From Halodesulfurarchaeum sp. (GTDB lineage: Archaea; Halobacteriota; Halobacteria; Halobacteriales; Halobacteriaceae): DNA of 64,000 nucleotides. Positions 1 to 10,642 of this stretch are shown in pieces (the first letter of the stretch is position 1; each line of letters begins with the position of its first letter). The notes beneath the pieces were generated by a model. It was given only the letters and a program-made list of their open reading frames with translations. It had not been told where the DNA came from and did not search any database. A program made the translations under genes and the position numbers. Location: assembly GCA_034520565.1 (NCBI GenBank), contig JAXHNL010000002.1, positions 480,001-544,000 on the forward strand. Direction: 5' to 3'.

Positions 1-971
1 CGACTTCGATCTCGAAGAATCCGAGTTTTCGATATTGAACACCACAAGCAAGGGTGAAGTCGGTCTCGATTACGACATTCGAACGTTGATCATGGAGACA
101 CCGAAAGGGCCGACTGCCGGAAGTGATTTTCTCCAACGGTTCGGCCGTGCGGGCCGACAGGCCAAAGCAACGGTTGACGTCTATGGATTGGGACAGCTTC
201 CGTGGGGAGACGATCTGTCGTTTCCAGAGTTTTCCAAATTGATTGTAGATGCGCTGGGAAACTCCCAAATGCAAATCAAAAGCCTCGATGATCTGGTCGG
301 ACTTCGAGCTGCATACGCCCTTCACGTGCGAAAGCGGGATTACAATCTCGAACTCCAGGAGGACTTCGCGTCCGTGAATCAATATGGGAGGTGGAAGGGG
401 TTTATGGATGCAATCAGGAACGTCCTCGAAAACGAGGTCGGAGGGCTCGGAGATCCACTTCAGGAAAACGATCCCGAAACGAAAATTCTCGAATTCACCG
501 ATCATTGTTTCGGTGCATTCCGTGGTCTGAGAGGTCGATCGTTGACTGGCGAAATTAGATATCCGAGAGGCGACCGGACCGCCCTAACGAGCTACGACCT
601 TCTTTCGACGCTTCGATACTATGACATCGAAACTGTCGAGGACGAATCCGTGATCGTCCTCGGCGAAGTACAGGACGAATATCCGACCACAGGTGACCGC
701 TCGACTACCAGGTTACGAATCCCGACCTCGGGATTATGGTTCCTCCACTCAGGACATCGAGCATGATTTGCAGCAATGGATCCACGGCGAGATTGATCGG
801 GGAGATATCGACGCTAAAGTCGGCATTAGCAGTGATCTGCTTCACCTGTTCTTTGACCGAGTCCGAATAACCGAAGCCGCCGTCCCGACGTTAGTTCGCT
901 GCGGGAAGTTCGAAATTGAAGTCGAGCTCGATGGAATTCCGACGGTCACCGCATACCAGAGAGACCTATGA
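1..971 (+). CDS. cas3: CRISPR-associated helicase Cas3' (type I-D-like), C-terminal part; 5' end outside window, frameshift near 692
   Basis: SF2 helicase motifs TSKGEVGLD and QRFGRAGR; ORFs 35..766 and 693..971 join if one G at ~692 is removed; directly upstream of cas4-cas1-cas2. Confidence 0.8.
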
Positions 972-1561
972 GTGAAAACCTCGTCAACGTCTCGGATTTG
1001 AACCAATACCTCTACTGTCCGCGTCGATACTGGTATCTCGAATTTTTCGACACGCAAGGGAGGAATTACTACCGGATAGAAGGGAAAACACGACACGAGA
1101 ACAAAGCGTCTCGGGGCAATTGGATCGACGAGTTATACCTCGAATCTGATACACTCGGGCTCAAAGGAAAAATCGACGTAATAGATCTCGAGGACGGACG
1201 GACAGTCCCGATCGAACGGAAGCGTGCCGAAAGTGGCGACTATTACTGGAACGATGAAATCCAGCTTGCGGCGTATTGTCTCCTGCTGGAAGAAAATATC
1301 GGAGAGGACGTCCGAGAGGGAGCGATCTACCTCTATGAAACCGACCAACGAATGCACATCCCCATCACGGCAGACCACCGGAAAGCGGTCCGTGAGGCTA
1401 TCGAATCAATGCGGTCGATGTCGCCGGATTCTGTCCCATCACTCACGGACAACCCAAACAAGTGCGAGAAGTGCTCCACCCGCCAGTACTGCATGCCCGC
1501 CGAAACCGCGCAACTCGAACCCGAGCGGGCCCGCGGAACGGGCTGGGAGGTGGACGGATGA
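968..1561 (+). CDS. cas4: CRISPR-associated exonuclease Cas4
   Basis: YCPRR, GKIDVI..PIERK, QLAAY, and C-terminal CEKCSTRQYC Fe-S cysteines. Confidence 0.95.
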   Translation: MSENLVNVSDLNQYLYCPRRYWYLEFFDTQGRNYYRIEGKTRHENKASRGNWIDELYLESDTLGLKGKIDVIDLEDGRTVPIERKRAESGDYYWNDEIQLAAYCLLLEENIGEDVREGAIYLYETDQRMHIPITADHRKAVREAIESMRSMSPDSVPSLTDNPNKCEKCSTRQYCMPAETAQLEPERARGTGWEVDG

Positions 1562-2563
1562 AATCGACGGAAGGAATGTTAGACGAGTCGGTCGTCTACG
1601 TCACCAAGCAGGGCACCCAGGTCCGCACCGCAGAGGGCCGGATCGTCGTCTGGGACCCAAACGCCGAGGAAGACGAGGACCCGGAACTCGCGACCTACCC
1701 CAAAGAAAAGCTCGATACGATCAACGTCTTCGGCGGGGTCAATTTCACCACGCCGTTTCTGGCCGAAGCGAACCGGTACGGGATCGTCGCTCAACTACTT
1801 CACCCAGCACGGGAAGTACCGCGGAAGTTTCGTCCCGGAGCGAAACACCATCGCGGAGATCAGACGGGCCCAGTACGCACTGGATTTCTCGGAGGAACTC
1901 GCGATCGCGAAGTCGATGATCGCCGCGAAGATCCGCAACCAGCGAACGCTTCTCTCACGAAAGGGCGTCCGTGGGACGGAGGTGCTCAAGGACCTCGGAA
2001 AACGGACCCGAAACGCCTCGAATAAGGACGACCTCCGCGGAACGGAGGGCGAGGCGGCCGAGCGGTACTTCAGCCGTCTCGACGAGACGCTCGTCTCAGA
2101 CTGGACCTTCGAGAAGCGAACCAAGCGACCGCCGGAGGATCACGTCAATTCACTCCTCTCGTTGACCTACACGTTCATGAAGAACGAGGCGATGGGCGCG
2201 CTTCGGCAGTACAACCTCGATCCGTTCCTCGGCGTACTGCACGCCGATCGACACGGACGACCGTCACTCGCGCTCGACCTCGAGGAGGAATTCCGGCCGA
2301 TATTCTGTGACGCGCTTGTGACCCGACTGATCAATCGGGGAGTGTTCACCCACGACGATTTCAACAAGGACAATCACCTCTCAGAGGACGCGTTCAAGAC
2401 CTACCTCTCGAAGTTCGAGGACTTCATGCAGGAGGAGTTCACGCACCCGTATTTCGACTACCGGGTGACTCGGCGGAAGGCCATCAGACAGCAAACGATC
2501 CTCCTCCGAAAGGCGATCACGAACGAACTGAACGAATATCACGCACTCTCATTCGACAGATAA
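1558..2563 (+). CDS. cas1: CRISPR integrase Cas1 (apparent +1 frameshift at ~1789)
   Basis: N-terminal VYVTKQGTQV; C-terminal GTEGEAAERYF, NSLLSLTY, GVLHADRHGRPSLALDLEEEFRP; frames join by deleting the G at ~1789 (GIVLNYFTQHGKYRG). Confidence 0.93.
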
Positions 2564-2565
2564 CC

Positions 2566-2838
2566 ATGCGACTTGCCGTCACCTACGACGTCAGTTCGGA
2601 CTCGAACCGTCGCCGAGTGTATCGAACGCTGCAACGTTACGGGGCCTGGAAGCAATACAGCGTCTTCGAACTCAACGTTAGCAAAACGGAACGAGTGGAG
2701 TTAGAGGACGAACTCGAGTCACACATCGAGCCCGAGGACGACGATCGGATTCGAATCTACCGGTTGTGTGATGCCTGCCTCCGGGACACCACTGATCTCG
2801 GGACAGAACCGCCCGAAGAGCAGTCGAACGTCCTATAA
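2566..2838 (+). CDS. cas2: CRISPR-associated endonuclease Cas2
   Basis: VTYDVS...YGAWKQYSVFE...DRIRIYRLC. Confidence 0.95.
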   Translation: MRLAVTYDVSSDSNRRRVYRTLQRYGAWKQYSVFELNVSKTERVELEDELESHIEPEDDDRIRIYRLCDACLRDTTDLGTEPPEEQSNVL

Positions 2839-2950
2839 CTAGTTCGTGGATCTTTTTGTATCGGGTGTATAGCCCCCGTCCACGAAAACTGGTCGGCATT
2901 TGATGTCCAGAGGAAGATTTATGGCCTCTGTGGGCTGATTTTGACCCCCA
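2839..2950 (+). promoter_or_regulatory. CRISPR leader
   Basis: Non-coding, relatively AT-rich stretch between cas2 and the first intact repeat; the degenerate repeat is at the opposite end. Confidence 0.75.
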
Positions 2951-4077
2951 GTCTCAGAAGGCAGAAAACCCGAACCGGGATTGAAACCGCAGTTCGTCGC
3001 GTTCGGACAGGTTCAACAGGGCTGTCTCAGAAGGCAGAAAACCCGAACCGGGATTGAAACCGTTGGATGTCCCCCTCTCATACGCTCACGTTTCAAGCGT
3101 CTCAGAAGGCAGAAAACCCGAACCGGGATTGAAACTCATAGAAGATAATCGCCCCGTCGGTGTCGTTCCAGTCTCAGAAGGCAGAAAACCCGAACCGGGA
3201 TTGAAACATGGTGATAAACCCAAAGCCGAACAAGCCAAGCGTCTCAGAAGGCAGAAAACCCGAACCGGGATTGAAACTGCACGGCTACGTGTACGGCCTA
3301 CGGCCGCGAATCGCGTCTCAGAAGGCAGAAAACCCGAACCGGGATTGAAACCGGGAGTTTTACACCAGTACAACCGGGCGTCAGGAAGTCTCAGAAGGCA
3401 GAAAACCCGAACCGGGATTGAAACTGGGTTCGCGTGGATTACGAAGGGTGGCGAATGCACGTCTCAGAAGGCAGAAAACCCGAACCGGGATTGAAACGGC
3501 AACTATGTATGAACGCGACAACCCCGTAGGGTTGGGTCTCAGAAGGCAGAAAACCCGAACCGGGATTGAAACGGCAACTATGTATGAACGCGACAACCCC
3601 GTAGGGTTGCGAGTATCTCAGAAGGCAGAAAACCCGAACCGGGATTGAAACAAGGGTATTGCTCTGGATAAAGGGGTCAACGACTGGTCTCAGAAGGCAG
3701 AAAACCCGAACCGGGATTGAAACCTGTGCGTTCTCGCGGTTCTTCGGCTTGCGGAGCGCGTCTCAGAAGGCAGAAAACCCGAACCGGGATTGAAACAATG
3801 AAACCGTCCTGCGAACCGTGCCGTCCAATCAACGCGTCTCAGAAGGCAGAAAACCCGAACCGGGATTGAAACCGCGCCTTAGAGCCAGCCCGCCTGCCGG
3901 TCGTCTCGAGTCTCAGAAGGCAGAAAACCCGAACCGGGATTGAAACTGTCCATGCGGAACCGTTCTAGTGGTGGTGTTCAAGGTCTCAGAAGGCAGAAAA
4001 CCCGAACCGGGATTGAAACATCTTGGCTGGATGTTCAGGCGGTGGGGTCCTGAACGTCTCAGAAGGCAGAAAACCCG
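2951..4077 (+). CRISPR. CRISPR array, 37-bp repeat GTCTCAGAAGGCAGAAAACCCGAACCGGGATTGAAAC, 16 repeats/15 spacers (33-~40 bp)
   Basis: Repeats start at 2951, 3024, 3099, 3171, 3241, 3315, 3388, 3461, 3536, ~3615 (variant), 3687, 3760, 3836, 3910, 3983 and 4056 (truncated terminal repeat); internal CCCG-AAC-CGGG hairpin; ends in ATTGAAAC. Confidence 0.99.
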
Positions 4078-4133
4078 GTCCGTGTAAGGGGAGCACCGGC
4101 ACGGTTTTTTCCCACCCCCGCCATCGCCCGCAC

Positions 4134-5510
4134 ATGGACCAGATCTCGTTTGGCACCTCCGGCTGGCGGGCGACTCTCGATACCTTCACGGATCGACGGG
4201 TCCGGATGGTCGCACAGGCGACCGCCGATCACCTCGCGGCCGAAGGCCTCGCTGACCGCCCAGTCGCCGTGGGCTACGACGCCAGGGAGACTTCCCGGGG
4301 GTTCGCCGAGGAGGTCAGCCGGGTGCTCGCCGCCAACGGCTTCGATGTCATGCTCCCCGAGCGCGACGTCCCCACCCCGCTCGTGGCCTACGCCATCGCG
4401 GATCGGGATCTCGCGGGCGGGCTGGTGATCTCGGCCTCGCACAACCCACCGGAGTACAACGGCATCAAGTTCTTCCCGGCCGACGCCGCCCCCGCGATGC
4501 CCGAGACGACCGACGACATCGAATCCCGGCTTTCCGAACCCGACCCGCTGCCCGAAGCCGGGTGGGGATCGATCCGCGAGGTCGACTACCGCGAACCCCA
4601 CGCGAGCCACGCGATGGACCTCGTCGAACCTGATCTCGCGGGGCTCGAGATCGTCTACGACGCGATGCACGGCAGCGGCCGCGGGGTCACCGACCGCCTG
4701 CTCGAGACGGCCGGGGCAACGGTTACCCGCCGTCGCTGCGAACTGGACCCGGAATTCGGGGGGACCCCGCCGGAACCGAGCGAGGAGAACCTCCAGGGGC
4801 TCGTCGACGCAGTCGTCGAAGCCGGCGCCGACCTCGGGATCGCAAACGACGGCGACGCCGACCGCCTGGCGGTCGTGACGCCCGAGCGAGGCTACCTCGA
4901 CGAGAACCTGTTTTTCGCCGCGACCTACGACCGCCTCCTCGAACAGCAATCGGGCCCGGCGGTCCGCACCGTCTCGACGACGTTCCTGATCGACCGGGTC
5001 GTGACGTCCCACGGCGAACAGGTGATCGAGACGCCCGTAGGGTTCAAGTGGGTCGCCCAGGCCATGCAAGAACACGACGCGCTGATGGGCGGGGAGGAGT
5101 CCGGCGGGTTCTCGATCCGCGGACACATCCGGGAGAAAGACGGTGTGCTGATGGCGCTCCTCGCGGCCGCGACCGAGGCCGAACGGGCCTACGACGACCG
5201 GCTCGACGCCCTTCGAGACGAACACGGCGAAATCCACCAGGACAAGGTGAGCGTGGACTGTCCCGACGCCGAGAAGGAGCGCGTGATCGCCGAGCTGGCG
5301 GAGACCCTCCCCGAGACCATCGCGGACCGGTCGGTCGAGGACACAAACCCGGCCGACGGCGTCAAGGCGCTGCTCGAAGACGGTTCGTGGCTGCTCGTCC
5401 GCCCGAGTGGCACGGAACCGAAGATGCGGGTCTACGCCGAGGCGGCGAGCCGGAATCGGGTCGAAGCGCTGCTCGCGGCCGGCCGGGAGCTGGTCGAACC
5501 CCTGGTGTAG
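4134..5510 (+). CDS. Phosphoglucomutase/phosphomannomutase
   Basis: FGTSGWR, SASHNPPEYNG, DGDADR, GGEESGG, RPSGTEP motifs; ATG at 4134. Confidence 0.95.
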   Translation: MDQISFGTSGWRATLDTFTDRRVRMVAQATADHLAAEGLADRPVAVGYDARETSRGFAEEVSRVLAANGFDVMLPERDVPTPLVAYAIADRDLAGGLVISASHNPPEYNGIKFFPADAAPAMPETTDDIESRLSEPDPLPEAGWGSIREVDYREPHASHAMDLVEPDLAGLEIVYDAMHGSGRGVTDRLLETAGATVTRRRCELDPEFGGTPPEPSEENLQGLVDAVVEAGADLGIANDGDADRLAVVTPERGYLDENLFFAATYDRLLEQQSGPAVRTVSTTFLIDRVVTSHGEQVIETPVGFKWVAQAMQEHDALMGGEESGGFSIRGHIREKDGVLMALLAAATEAERAYDDRLDALRDEHGEIHQDKVSVDCPDAEKERVIAELAETLPETIADRSVEDTNPADGVKALLEDGSWLLVRPSGTEPKMRVYAEAASRNRVEALLAAGRELVEPLV

Positions 5511-5527
5511 GCTCCCGAGCCCGGTTC

Positions 5528-5962
5528 TCAGTACAGGCCGCCACCGTCGTCGTCACTCGACTCGCCCAGCGGCTCCTCGATCGTCGCATCCCCCACGCCG
5601 ACTTTCATGCTCATGCCCGAGAGGTCCGCGGAGCCGTGATAGGCACAGTATACCTCGTAGACGCCGCTCTCCTCGAAGGTGTGTGTCGTCTCCTCGCCGC
5701 TTGCCACGACGGTGTCTTTCTCCCAGTTCGTCGAGGCACTGGTCACCGTGTGATCCATCCCGGAATCGTTCGTCCAGGTGACGGTCGTCCCGGCGTCGAC
5801 CTCGATGTTCCGCGGGTCGAACTGGGAATCGGTCATCGAGACGGTCGCCGGTCCGGTTTCGGTGGTGCCATTCCCCGTGTCGCTTCCCCCGCCCGCACAG
5901 CCGGCGACCAGCACGAGACCGCCGGCGACGGCAGTTCGAAGGAACTCGCGTCGGTGTGTCAT
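5528..5962 (-). CDS. Halocyanin/plastocyanin-like blue copper lipoprotein (Tat-exported)
   Basis: RREFL twin-arginine signal, VAGC lipobox, HTVT and YCAYHG...M copper ligands. Confidence 0.88.
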   Translation of the reverse strand: MTHRREFLRTAVAGGLVLVAGCAGGGSDTGNGTTETGPATVSMTDSQFDPRNIEVDAGTTVTWTNDSGMDHTVTSASTNWEKDTVVASGEETTHTFEESGVYEVYCAYHGSADLSGMSMKVGVGDATIEEPLGESSDDDGGGLY

Positions 5963-6079
5963 GCTAACAAGTTTCAATCCCGGCAGGTTGGGGCTTTGCC
6001 ATCCGGCGGCGCTCGCTGGCAAATTCGGCGGTTTCGACCCTGCTCGGTGCAGAGGGGTGACAGACGACGAGAGGGGTAA

Positions 6080-6523
6080 TCAGTCGACCGCGCGCTCGAC
6101 GTACGCCACCGCCGCAGCCGGCGTCTCGACGGGCTCCACGCCCTCGACGTCGTGCGTGTCGAGTCCGGCGACCGGCCGGCCCATGTCGAGCGCGTGGGCG
6201 ATCTCCGAGAGCGTGCCGGTGGCGCCGTCGACGGCGATGGCCGCCTCGCCGTTCTTGACGACGAGCACGTTCCGGGCCGACCCCATTCCGGTCGCGATCG
6301 GCACGTCGATATACCGGTTGGCCGCGGCCGGGTCGTCGCCGGGCAAAATGCCGATCGTTCGGCCACCGACCTCGTCCATACCGCGAGCGACCGCCTCCAT
6401 GACGCCCGTCAGCCCGCCACAGACCACCTCGTGGCCCCGATCCCCGAGTTGGCGCCCGAGCGAGGTGGCCACCTGCTCGGTATCCCCGTCCACCGTCCCA
6501 CCGCCGATGACGCTGACTCGCAT
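6080..6523 (-). CDS. TIGR00725/LOG-family Rossmann-fold protein
   Basis: VCGGLTGVMEAV, GILPG, RNVLVV, GTLSEIA. Confidence 0.88.
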   Translation of the reverse strand: MRVSVIGGGTVDGDTEQVATSLGRQLGDRGHEVVCGGLTGVMEAVARGMDEVGGRTIGILPGDDPAAANRYIDVPIATGMGSARNVLVVKNGEAAIAVDGATGTLSEIAHALDMGRPVAGLDTHDVEGVEPVETPAAAVAYVERAVD

Positions 6524-6675
6524 TTGCCTGTTCTACGCCGTGCGCGGTCCGTAGTCCTTCCGGCCGCAACGCAGTCGAGTTGTCCGAGGGGCCGAATCGG
6601 TCGCGTCTTCAAACCGGAGCGTCGGCCAGACACCCGGCACCCAGCTTTAAGCCGTGTCTCGACGGACGTTCGGAT

Positions 6676-7239
6676 ATGCTCCTCCAGGTTTCGGGCCCGA
6701 TCGTCGGCCTAATCGGGGACGTGTTCGGCGAGCTGCTGGGTTCGATCGTCGAAGCGTTGCCCCGGTTGCTCTCCGGGCTCCTGTTTCTCGGACTGGCCTA
6801 CATCGGGATCAGAGTCGTTCTCTCGGTCCTGCGACGGATACTCGACCGGGCCTATCCCGCCGAACAGGACATGATCGTCGACCTTTCGGTGGTCGTAATC
6901 GGCGGGCTCCTCTGGTTCGGGGCGCTGCTGGTCCTGCTGAAACTCGTCGGGATGGGCGAGGTCGCGGCCAGCCTCGGGACTGCCACGGGGTTCATCGCGC
7001 TGGGGATCGCGTTCGCACTGAAGGAGATGATCGCGGACACCGTCGCCGGGGTCTACCTCCTCAAAGACCCCGATTTCAACATCGGCGATGCCGTCGAGAC
7101 GGCCTCGGTCTCGGGCACCATCGAGCGGATCGACCTTCGGAAGACCCGGATCCGTGACACGGAGGGACACCTCGTCGTGGTCGCCAACCGCGACGTCGAA
7201 AAGCGGTGGACCCAGCAAAGTTCCGAGCCCGTCGACTGA
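6676..7239 (+). CDS. MscS-family mechanosensitive channel protein
   Basis: Three TM segments, then DFNIGDAV..GTIERIDLRKTRI. Confidence 0.85.
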   Translation: MLLQVSGPIVGLIGDVFGELLGSIVEALPRLLSGLLFLGLAYIGIRVVLSVLRRILDRAYPAEQDMIVDLSVVVIGGLLWFGALLVLLKLVGMGEVAASLGTATGFIALGIAFALKEMIADTVAGVYLLKDPDFNIGDAVETASVSGTIERIDLRKTRIRDTEGHLVVVANRDVEKRWTQQSSEPVD

Positions 7240-7286
7240 CTTCGGAAACCTGGCGGTGTCGACCGAGTCCCCCCGAAAGCGAGGAG

Positions 7287-8181
7287 CTACACCGGCGGTT
7301 TCCGGCCCCGAATGAGTGCCGAATGCAGGAGGTTCCTGGCGTCCGGGGCGTCGTACATTACGTCGATGATCACCTCGCTATTTTCCTTCGGACGAACCGT
7401 CACGGACTCGAAACCAGCCTCCGTGAGCAGCTCGTCCAATCGCTCGATCGTCGCCGCACCGGAGATGCAACTCGCGTACTGTTCGAGATCCGTTTGGTCG
7501 AGTTCGGCCTGGCCCCGCTCGGTCATCGCGACGTCCGAAATCGCCAGCCGTCCCCCCGGTTTGAGGACCCGAAAGGCATCCGCGAAGACCTGTTCTTTGG
7601 ACGGGGAGAGGTTGATCACGCAGTTCGAGATGATCGCGTCCACCGAGTTGTCCGCGACCGGCAGGTGTTCGATCTCGCCGAGCCGGAACTCCACGTGTTC
7701 GAGATCCGAGCGCTCCGCGTTCCGCCGGGACCGTCTCGACCATCTCGGGAGTCATGTCCACGCCGATGACCTGGCCCGCGGGCCCGACTTCCTGGGCGGC
7801 GAGGAAGCAGTCGAATCCGCCGCCGGAGCCGAGATCCAGCACGGTTTCCCCCGGCTCGAGTTCGGCGATCGCGGTGGGATTGCCACAGCCCAATCCGAGA
7901 TTCGCCCCCTCGGGGACCGTCTCGAGGCCGGCCGGGTCGTAGCCGAGGGTTTCGCTGAAGTCGGTGGCCGGCTCGTTCCCGCAGCAGGACGACTCCTCCG
8001 CGGTTTCGGAGCCGCCACAGCACCCGTCCGCTTCGCCGGTCACGTCACCCTCCCGGTCCGCCGACCCGTCTGCGGCCGCGATCGAGCCGTACCGTTCCCG
8101 GACGACAGCTCTGGTTTCTTCGGCGGTCCCAGAGGAGTCGCCGCCGTCCCGGTCGGCGGCCGTTTCCTCGGCCACGATCAC
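7287..8181 (-). CDS. arsM: Arsenite S-adenosylmethyltransferase (frameshift at ~7730)
   Basis: [35 protein letters not shown]; two ORFs join by removing one base at ~7730. Confidence 0.88.
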
Positions 8182-8558
8182 GCACCTCCGAGCGCGTCGA
8201 GGGTCGAAAGCAGTCGCTCCGCTCGATCCGTTGTCGAGTAGTACCGCCAGCGACCGTCCTTTCGACGATCCACGAGCTCGGCCTCGTACAGTCGCTTCAG
8301 CGCCCGGCTGGCCGTACTCTGATCCACCGCGAGTTCGGGCTCGAGGTCACAGGCACAGACCGGCCCGGAAGCCCCCGAGAGGAGCCGAAGGACCGTATAC
8401 CGGGTCTCGTTACCCATCGCGGCGAGCAGTTGGACGTCCCGTTCGATCCGATAATCGGACAGGTCATGTCCCACGGCGGTGCAGCACGCGTCGTCTCGAC
8501 GTGGCGAGGTTGCCTCCCTGTCGCCGGTTTCAGCTCCCGACCGCGGGCCCATATTCAT
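8178..8558 (-). CDS. arsR: ArsR/SmtB transcriptional regulator
   Basis: CC pair, [22 protein letters not shown]; overlaps the arsM start. Confidence 0.88.
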   Translation of the reverse strand: MNMGPRSGAETGDREATSPRRDDACCTAVGHDLSDYRIERDVQLLAAMGNETRYTVLRLLSGASGPVCACDLEPELAVDQSTASRALKRLYEAELVDRRKDGRWRYYSTTDRAERLLSTLDALGGA

Positions 8559-8671
8559 ATATGTGCAAATAGGACATCTAAAGGAAAAGGGTACCGATCG
8601 ACGATTCGCCACAATGCTCGCTTCGACTCCCTCGACGACCGAAAAGACGACGGCCAGGTGCCACCGGAAAG

Positions 8672-9052
8672 CTACCCGTTCGGGTCCAACCGACCGCTAC
8701 ACCGGTCCCCATAGTCGACCTCGAAGCCGGCCTGTCGGTAAAACGGGGCCAGTTCCCGATCGAAACTGGCCGTCAGCCGCCCCCATCGCGTGCCCGCTTC
8801 CCTGATCAACACCGTCCCGATCCCCTGGCCTCGCCGCCCGGGACGCACCGCGATCGGTTCGATCCGAACGTCCCGTTCGCGTGGGCGACCGACGAGGGCA
8901 GCGAGGACTGTCCCTCGCTTCGAACGGGCCACGAGCACCTCGCTCCGATCGATGTGCGCGTCGACCGTCTCGGCGGACACCTCGAGGTCGGCCCCGTCGA
9001 ACACGTTCATCACCGCCGCGAGGTCCTCGGGCCCGGCTTCCTCGACGATCAT
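8672..9052 (-). CDS. GNAT acetyltransferase
   Basis: AVRPGRRGQGIG acetyl-CoA motif; FYRQAGF. Confidence 0.85.
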   Translation of the reverse strand: MIVEEAGPEDLAAVMNVFDGADLEVSAETVDAHIDRSEVLVARSKRGTVLAALVGRPRERDVRIEPIAVRPGRRGQGIGTVLIREAGTRWGRLTASFDRELAPFYRQAGFEVDYGDRCSGRLDPNG

Positions 9053-9246
9053 CCGCCCTGGACGAGTCGCACGACCTGCACCTCGCGCTCGGTGACGGGC
9101 TCGTCGGCGGGTTTCGGCCGGCCGTCGACGAAGACGCTCGCCTCGTGGGGGCTCAGGTCGACGGCCGCGAGGAGGTCCCCGTAGGTCCCCTCCTCGATCG
9201 AGACCTCCTCGCTTCGGTCGCCGACCACGTCGACGGTCACGCGCAT
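9049..9246 (-). CDS. samp2: Ubiquitin-like small archaeal modifier protein 2
   Basis: 65 aa beta-grasp sequence ending RLVQGG; coupled to GNAT gene, near rfcS. Confidence 0.85.
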   Translation of the reverse strand: MRVTVDVVGDRSEEVSIEEGTYGDLLAAVDLSPHEASVFVDGRPKPADEPVTEREVQVVRLVQGG

Positions 9247-9329
9247 CGTTCGGCCGGTGCTACCGGTCGAATGGGCATGAGCGTGTCGCAGCAGTCCGAA
9301 AACAAACAGCTGGCTGTCGCAAATCCGAC

Positions 9330-10511
9330 TCAGACCGGGGACGTCGACTCCGATCCCTCCGTGACCGTCGTCGGGGTCGCCCCCGAGCCGCGGCGGCGGT
9401 ACGCCCCCCGGATCGCGCTGACGAGCCCGCCGAGGCCCACCAGCAGGGCACTGAAAACGAGCAACCCGCCGACGACAGGGATCGCCCCGAGGACCGCAAA
9501 GAGGACCAGGCCGAGCCCCAGCGCGTACCACCGGTTCGGCTCCTCGCTCCGGCGGCCGAGGAGCCAGCGACCGACCGCGTACTCGCCGTAGACGACACCC
9601 ACCCAGAGGACGAAGAGATACCCGAACAATCCGAGGATTGCGAGTGGAATGCCCACGATCGTAACGGCAACGAGCGCGAGCAGGAACGGGATGCCGATCA
9701 GGGCAAGCAGGCCAACGAGGACGGACCACCCGGGCGAGGCGGCCGCTCGATCGGCCACCCGGTTCGAGAAGTCTGGGAGGACCAGGAGGAGCACCGCGCC
9801 GAGGAGCAAGTTGGCGAAGAGACCGTACACGGCGTTCAGCCAGCCCCCGCCGAAGAAGAACCACGAGTGTCCGGACACCCCCACGGGACCGAAGCCGCCG
9901 ATGGAGCTGTCCTGGACGATTGGACCGTCGACGACGGCGCCGGACTCCTGTGTGAGCGCCCCGTCATAGCGGAGTTCGCCCCCGATCCGGGCGGCCGAGC
10001 CGAGCGCGATCGTGTCTGCGCCGATGGTCGCGTCTCCGGCGACCTGGCCCTCGACGGTCACCGTTCCAGCCCCGACCGAGAAGGCATCGCCGACGCTGCC
10101 CGTGCGGGCGAGCGTGACGACGCCTGCGCCGGCGGACACGCTCCCCTCGACCGTCCCGGCGATTCGCAGCGACCCGGTTGCGACGCTCACGTCACCCGTC
10201 ACGACCCCAGACTCGGCGATGACGACGTCGCCGGCGAAGCCGTTCAAATCGCCCGCGACGGTGCCCCGGATGACGACCGTCCCGGCCATCACGTCCAGGC
10301 CGTTGACGGTCTCACCCTCGGCCACGACGGCACTGCCGGTCATCGAGGTGGCCCCGAGGCCACCGCCGGCCGATCCGGCGAGGGCGACGGTTGGTCCCGA
10401 GGCGAGCACGAGGAGGGCGACGAGTGCGAGGACGAAATACCGGGCTTGCTCGGGGACGGCACGTTCATGGCCCGCAATTGGTTCGGGTGACTGATGAATA
10501 TTCGCTGACAT
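9330..10511 (-). CDS. Bactofilin-like (polymer-forming) beta-helix membrane protein
   Basis: Signal peptide, repeated GxVxGD(V/L) beta-helix units, C-terminal multi-TM region. Confidence 0.75.
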   Translation of the reverse strand: MSANIHQSPEPIAGHERAVPEQARYFVLALVALLVLASGPTVALAGSAGGGLGATSMTGSAVVAEGETVNGLDVMAGTVVIRGTVAGDLNGFAGDVVIAESGVVTGDVSVATGSLRIAGTVEGSVSAGAGVVTLARTGSVGDAFSVGAGTVTVEGQVAGDATIGADTIALGSAARIGGELRYDGALTQESGAVVDGPIVQDSSIGGFGPVGVSGHSWFFFGGGWLNAVYGLFANLLLGAVLLLVLPDFSNRVADRAAASPGWSVLVGLLALIGIPFLLALVAVTIVGIPLAILGLFGYLFVLWVGVVYGEYAVGRWLLGRRSEEPNRWYALGLGLVLFAVLGAIPVVGGLLVFSALLVGLGGLVSAIRGAYRRRGSGATPTTVTEGSESTSPV

Positions 10512-10642
10512 GAAATGGCACTGCAGCCGGAGGATTTGCCCTCGACGGGTTTCGAATCCGGAGCGCGCCGTGCCGGATACGAATTTTGCAGCGAAAGCAC
10601 TGTCTCGGGGACTTTAAGGCCGGGACGGGCCTCCCGTCTACC

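Noticed and set aside
3054-3648. ORFs of 71-146 aa within the CRISPR array
   Set aside because: Translations of repeats and spacers (periodic SEGRKPEPGLK); not genes.
4023-4133. N-terminal extension of the phosphomutase ORF through the last spacer/repeat
   Set aside because: Family homology starts at MDQISFGTSG (4134); the extension is CRISPR sequence.
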